NCBI GenBank assembly: GCA_026770705.1 | Contig: JANJGN010000036.1 | Coordinates: 3,596,001-3,660,000 of the forward strand | Direction of reading: 5' to 3' | Length of the DNA stretch: 64,000 bases | Source of the DNA: Isurus oxyrinchus | Taxonomy: Eukaryota | Part shown: one piece after another, positions 60,340 through 64,000 of the stretch | Layout of the letters: each line of letters starts with the position of its first letter | How positions within the stretch are numbered: the first letter of the stretch is position 1 | Program-made: the position numbers and the translations under genes | Notes under the pieces: generated by a model | The model's database searches: none | Seen by the model: the letters and a program-made list of their open reading frames with translations, nothing else | What the model was told of the DNA's origin: nothing

Positions 60340-62585
60340 ATCATGCGTTCACATGCTGTCTATGCGACTGTCTCTCTCTATCTAGCCGTCCACCTAACTT
60401 CAAATGTATAAATTTGCTTCGCTTTCCTAATACATTTCGAACTTTTATTTTAATGTGCTTGGTGATGTTGGTGACAGTGACAAGACTGACATTAACTGCT
60501 CATCCAGAGCTGCCCTCTGTAGCTGGTGCTGGATCTCCGTGAACCTTGTGAAAGTGCAAAAAGGCTCGAGTTGCAGGAGTTCTTCTGAAATACAATGACA
60601 TTTTCAATCGTTGCTTCCTACCATCTGCAGTTCTCAATTCCCGGGAGTTCCTATGCGGCAGCGCTTCTCCTTCGGGGGATGGTCGTTGGGGCCGGGAGAA
60701 GGAGTTGATGGAAACGGCAATGAGGGATCGATTACAGAGAGGCGCTCTAACTCTTCGGCGCTCTCAATGCATTTATTAATCACTGGATTTTTGGCACTTT
60801 CAGTTGTTTCAACGTGAAATGTCGCTGTTTCAACTCCAATTACACTTCACTTTCTAAGAGGCAACATGGACAGTGATGTGGAACTGGCACATCCAGAGCA
60901 TGGGCACAAACCAAGTTGGTCTATGGTGGAATTGTTTCGTGACATGTGTAGATACGTTTGACTGAATTGTAAGTAAGGTTTAAAATTCGTAGTTACTGCC
61001 ATATGAGTCTAGGGGATTTTGCATTGTGCATACTGCAAGATATCACTGTTTACGCGCAGCATAACACTGCACCAGTAGATGAAAATATAGATAGGAATTC
61101 AACTGAATATGACAAAATTGAGATCGATAGGTTTTTGTTGGTTAAAGTGCTAAGGAAGGAAGGAGAGGAAATGGCATTAAGATGCAAATCAGAAAGAAGT
61201 TGATTGATAGGCAGAACATGCCCGAAGGGCTGAATGGCCTCCTGCTGATGGTGTGGCTCATGATAACTGTATGTGTTTTCTCTTACAGATTTTTTTTTCT
61301 CTGCTGGGTTTTGATGCGCATCCCACAGTCTGATTGCAAACAACATTGAGTGCTCAAGTTCTGCTTCCGGGCTATGACGCATTGTGGAAAGATTTCTCTC
61401 TTGCGTTCTTATTGGAGGAAAGCCTGGAGTTGTAATCCTTTCCAAGAGGCTGCCATCTCAAATTCTGTTTCCGCTGAATTCATATTTATTAATAGTAATG
61501 GGCAATGCAGCCCACTGATTCGTCACCTACTGGAGACTCTTTAAGTCTGACAGAACACAGTCCATTTCAAGTCCAATTTTGCTCTCGGAAATTTTAGCTT
61601 TCTGTTCAGTTTCAATATTTTTTTGCTTTCTTCTGGTGGTGTGTTTAAGTTCATTGTGCATCTTTGTGTAGCGCTTCAGCAGGAATGAGAAAATCAGTGC
61701 CCAAGTTAACAACCCATTCAAACATGTTTTGAAACTCAATTATTGTATTTGGGAGTTCAGGCTCTTTGATCCCTTAGTGCATATGTGCTTAGTGATTCGG
61801 CAATGGCAGGTTACAGGATATTTTTATAGGCCAGAGGTGTGCGGTTTAAAAGTGGGAATAATTCTACAAGCATGATACCAGAACTGAGAATTTATAACAA
61901 CACTGAAGATTGAACAGACTGTGACCCTTTTCCCCACAAAAGAGAAGGCTCAGGGGTGACCTGCTAGCATTCAGATGGAAAGACAATGTTTCCATTTGCA
62001 GGCAGAGCTGAAGTAAAGGTCACGAACATTACATAGTCACTAATAATTCCAATCAAGAATACAGGAATTCTCCGAGGGGAAAGGGGAGAATGCAGAACTC
62101 GTAAACACAGCTAGCAGCCGAGCTAAATAGCTGAGATGCATTTAAGTGGGAAGCTGGGGAAATATTTTATCAATAAATCAATAGAGGTCTATGCTGGGGG
62201 GTTGTTGAGGGTGTGGGAGGAGCATCATGTGGAATACAAACACCAGCATAGAGCAAAGGATCCGAATTGTCTGTTTCTGCTCTGAAAATAACGTTGAATT
62301 TTGCAAAGCAGAGAACATGAGTTGTGACTGAAAGCTGTTTGCTCTGAAGAGTTTGCATCAATAAAATACTTTCTTCTTCGCACTAAAATAAAAAGTTAAA
62401 GCTGAAAGTAGAATTCAAAGGACGTTTCACTGAGGTGATCTGATATTTTTGTGTCACACTTTCAATATTATAAACATTAAAATGTAAGGTTTGAGACCAC
62501 TGCCTTTTCAGATACATGTTACGACTTCAACCATTGTTATTCACTGAGCAAGGGAAATCCCAGAGGGATGCTTGTCTCACTGGTC

Positions 62586-62638
<53 letters not shown>

Positions 62639-62640
62639 CA
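62586..62640 (+). repeat. (TA)n microsatellite
   Basis: Direct inspection. Confidence 0.95.
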
Positions 62641-64000
62641 CATTTTTTTTGATTTGAAAACGAGGGGAAAACTTTTACGATCCTTATAGTAAAATATTTA
62701 AGAACATGAAAAAAAGTTAATCACACAAGATTACTATTTCACGGCTGAAGCAGTCTTACAATGTATTCCTCCGAAACAAATCCTCGCTTTTCAGAAAACA
62801 CAAGTAAACTATTTTGAAGCAGCTCCCTGAGGAACTTAAATCATAAAAATCCAGTAATATTACCCAAGGCAAATAGTGCTGTTACTTTAGTGCCGTATAC
62901 CTCACGACTTCTCATTCTCCTCCAGTCTGCTGTGGAAGCCCGAAGGAAGTTCAGAAACAGACTCCCTCCTGAAAGCAAAAACTTCTCTGTGTTTAACTGT
63001 GGCAGCTGCAACAAATTCCACGTTTTTCACGGCTCAGAGCTGGGCTGACGGCATTTCCCTCCACACAGCCACCTCAACGCAACCGAACATTTCCCTTAAA
63101 TACTATTTTCCCCCTTTCATCCTGAGCTCCACTGTCCTAAGCATCTCAAATTTAACTCAAATTTTCCAAGCTAAAAAATCCTCCATGCCTCTCTATTGCC
63201 TCCACATCCGCATCAAATAAAATTTAATAACCTTCCTTTGCTCTCTTAAGAAATATTGGCAACTGAAAAACAAGCCCTTACCTCACATCTTATTCAATAT
63301 TTAGAACAACAATGTATTTGCCTTTAATGCCAACATCACCATAGCCTCTCATTATAAATGCATGCCTCGAGCTCCTTTGTATTTCATCTCTAAACTCCCA
63401 CAGGCAATCTGTCTTTACTAACTTTCCCCAGTTTAATTACCCATGGACAGACAGACACACACACAAACACACACCTACACACATCTTTCTTCACTGAATA
63501 CCACCATCTCCCCAAATATATAAAAGCAACATTCATGCTCATTTCACGTACAAAACCCCACTCATTCACCTTGTTCCCCGACCCCTTGGTACGTACACAT
63601 CAACAGCTTTCTGAGGGAGAGAGATCCAGATTTCCACTCCACATTCCACAGCACCTCTTGCTCCAAAACAAGTGATACTCATGTGACAACTCTGACATGT
63701 AGGTTTAAAGTTGGACATAAACCAGAAGGCGCTTTGCAAAAACGAAATGGAACAATCACAAGTTTCCTGAATAACTGCCCGTGTCTTTCTCTTGCTGTGC
63801 TCTAATTCAGTAAATGATAGAACACATAATAGCCCCGAGAAAGAAGCACAGCACTGAGAGCATCTTAACCCAGGACTGATATTGCCAGATTTGCAGAAAT
63901 TGCAGTTTGAAACAAGAGACATTTAATTATAATTTAATTATTAATGAATACAAACCTCTGGTGCATCGTTATAATCGAAGAATAATTTATTTTATTTACA

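Larger units (their letters stand above)
57213..61333 (+). pseudogene. Gene A5 (type A) heavily decayed pseudogene
   Basis: Leader 57213-57255 with the first ATG lost; V from 57885 with stops, a G-rich insert and deletions; C about 58300-58600 with stop and frameshift; TM remnant about 60607-60720; cytoplasmic remnant about 60861-60919; terminal 61289-61333 IFFSLLGFDAHPTV*. Confidence 0.82.

Overview
Eukaryotic, intron-containing genomic DNA. The CR1 LINE and Deu-type SINE content and the gene types point to a cartilaginous fish (shark-like); this is an inference. Most of the window is a birth-and-death cluster of non-rearranging, antigen-receptor-like Ig-superfamily genes with the layout leader / germline-joined VJ exon / C1-like exon / TM exon / short cytoplasmic exons ending in a YxxL (ITIM-like) motif. 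No RSS was seen. Two subfamilies occur. Type A has an FGxG J motif and a TLYARL tail: two genes look intact by manual splicing (4848-9986 +, about 300 aa; 48490-52966 +, about 303 aa), two are full-length pseudogenes (16581-21395 -, 57213-61333 +) and one is an orphan 3' half (36207-37080 +). Type B has an extra Cys pair in V and a PLYASL tail: one gene is possibly functional but its C exon lacks both canonical splice sites (24712-33214 -), one is a pseudogene (42035-46000 -), and there are several remnants. A and B copies sit in divergent head-to-head pairs, and both carry a membrane-proximal Cys, which suggests an inhibitory, possibly heterodimeric TCR-like receptor. The four defective copies that keep a readable tail all have Phe in place of the signalling Tyr. 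The window also holds a start-less first exon of a GPR139/142-like GPCR, segmental and inverted duplications, LINE/SINE fragments, microsatellites and two assembly gaps. All gene models were spliced by eye and lack transcript support.
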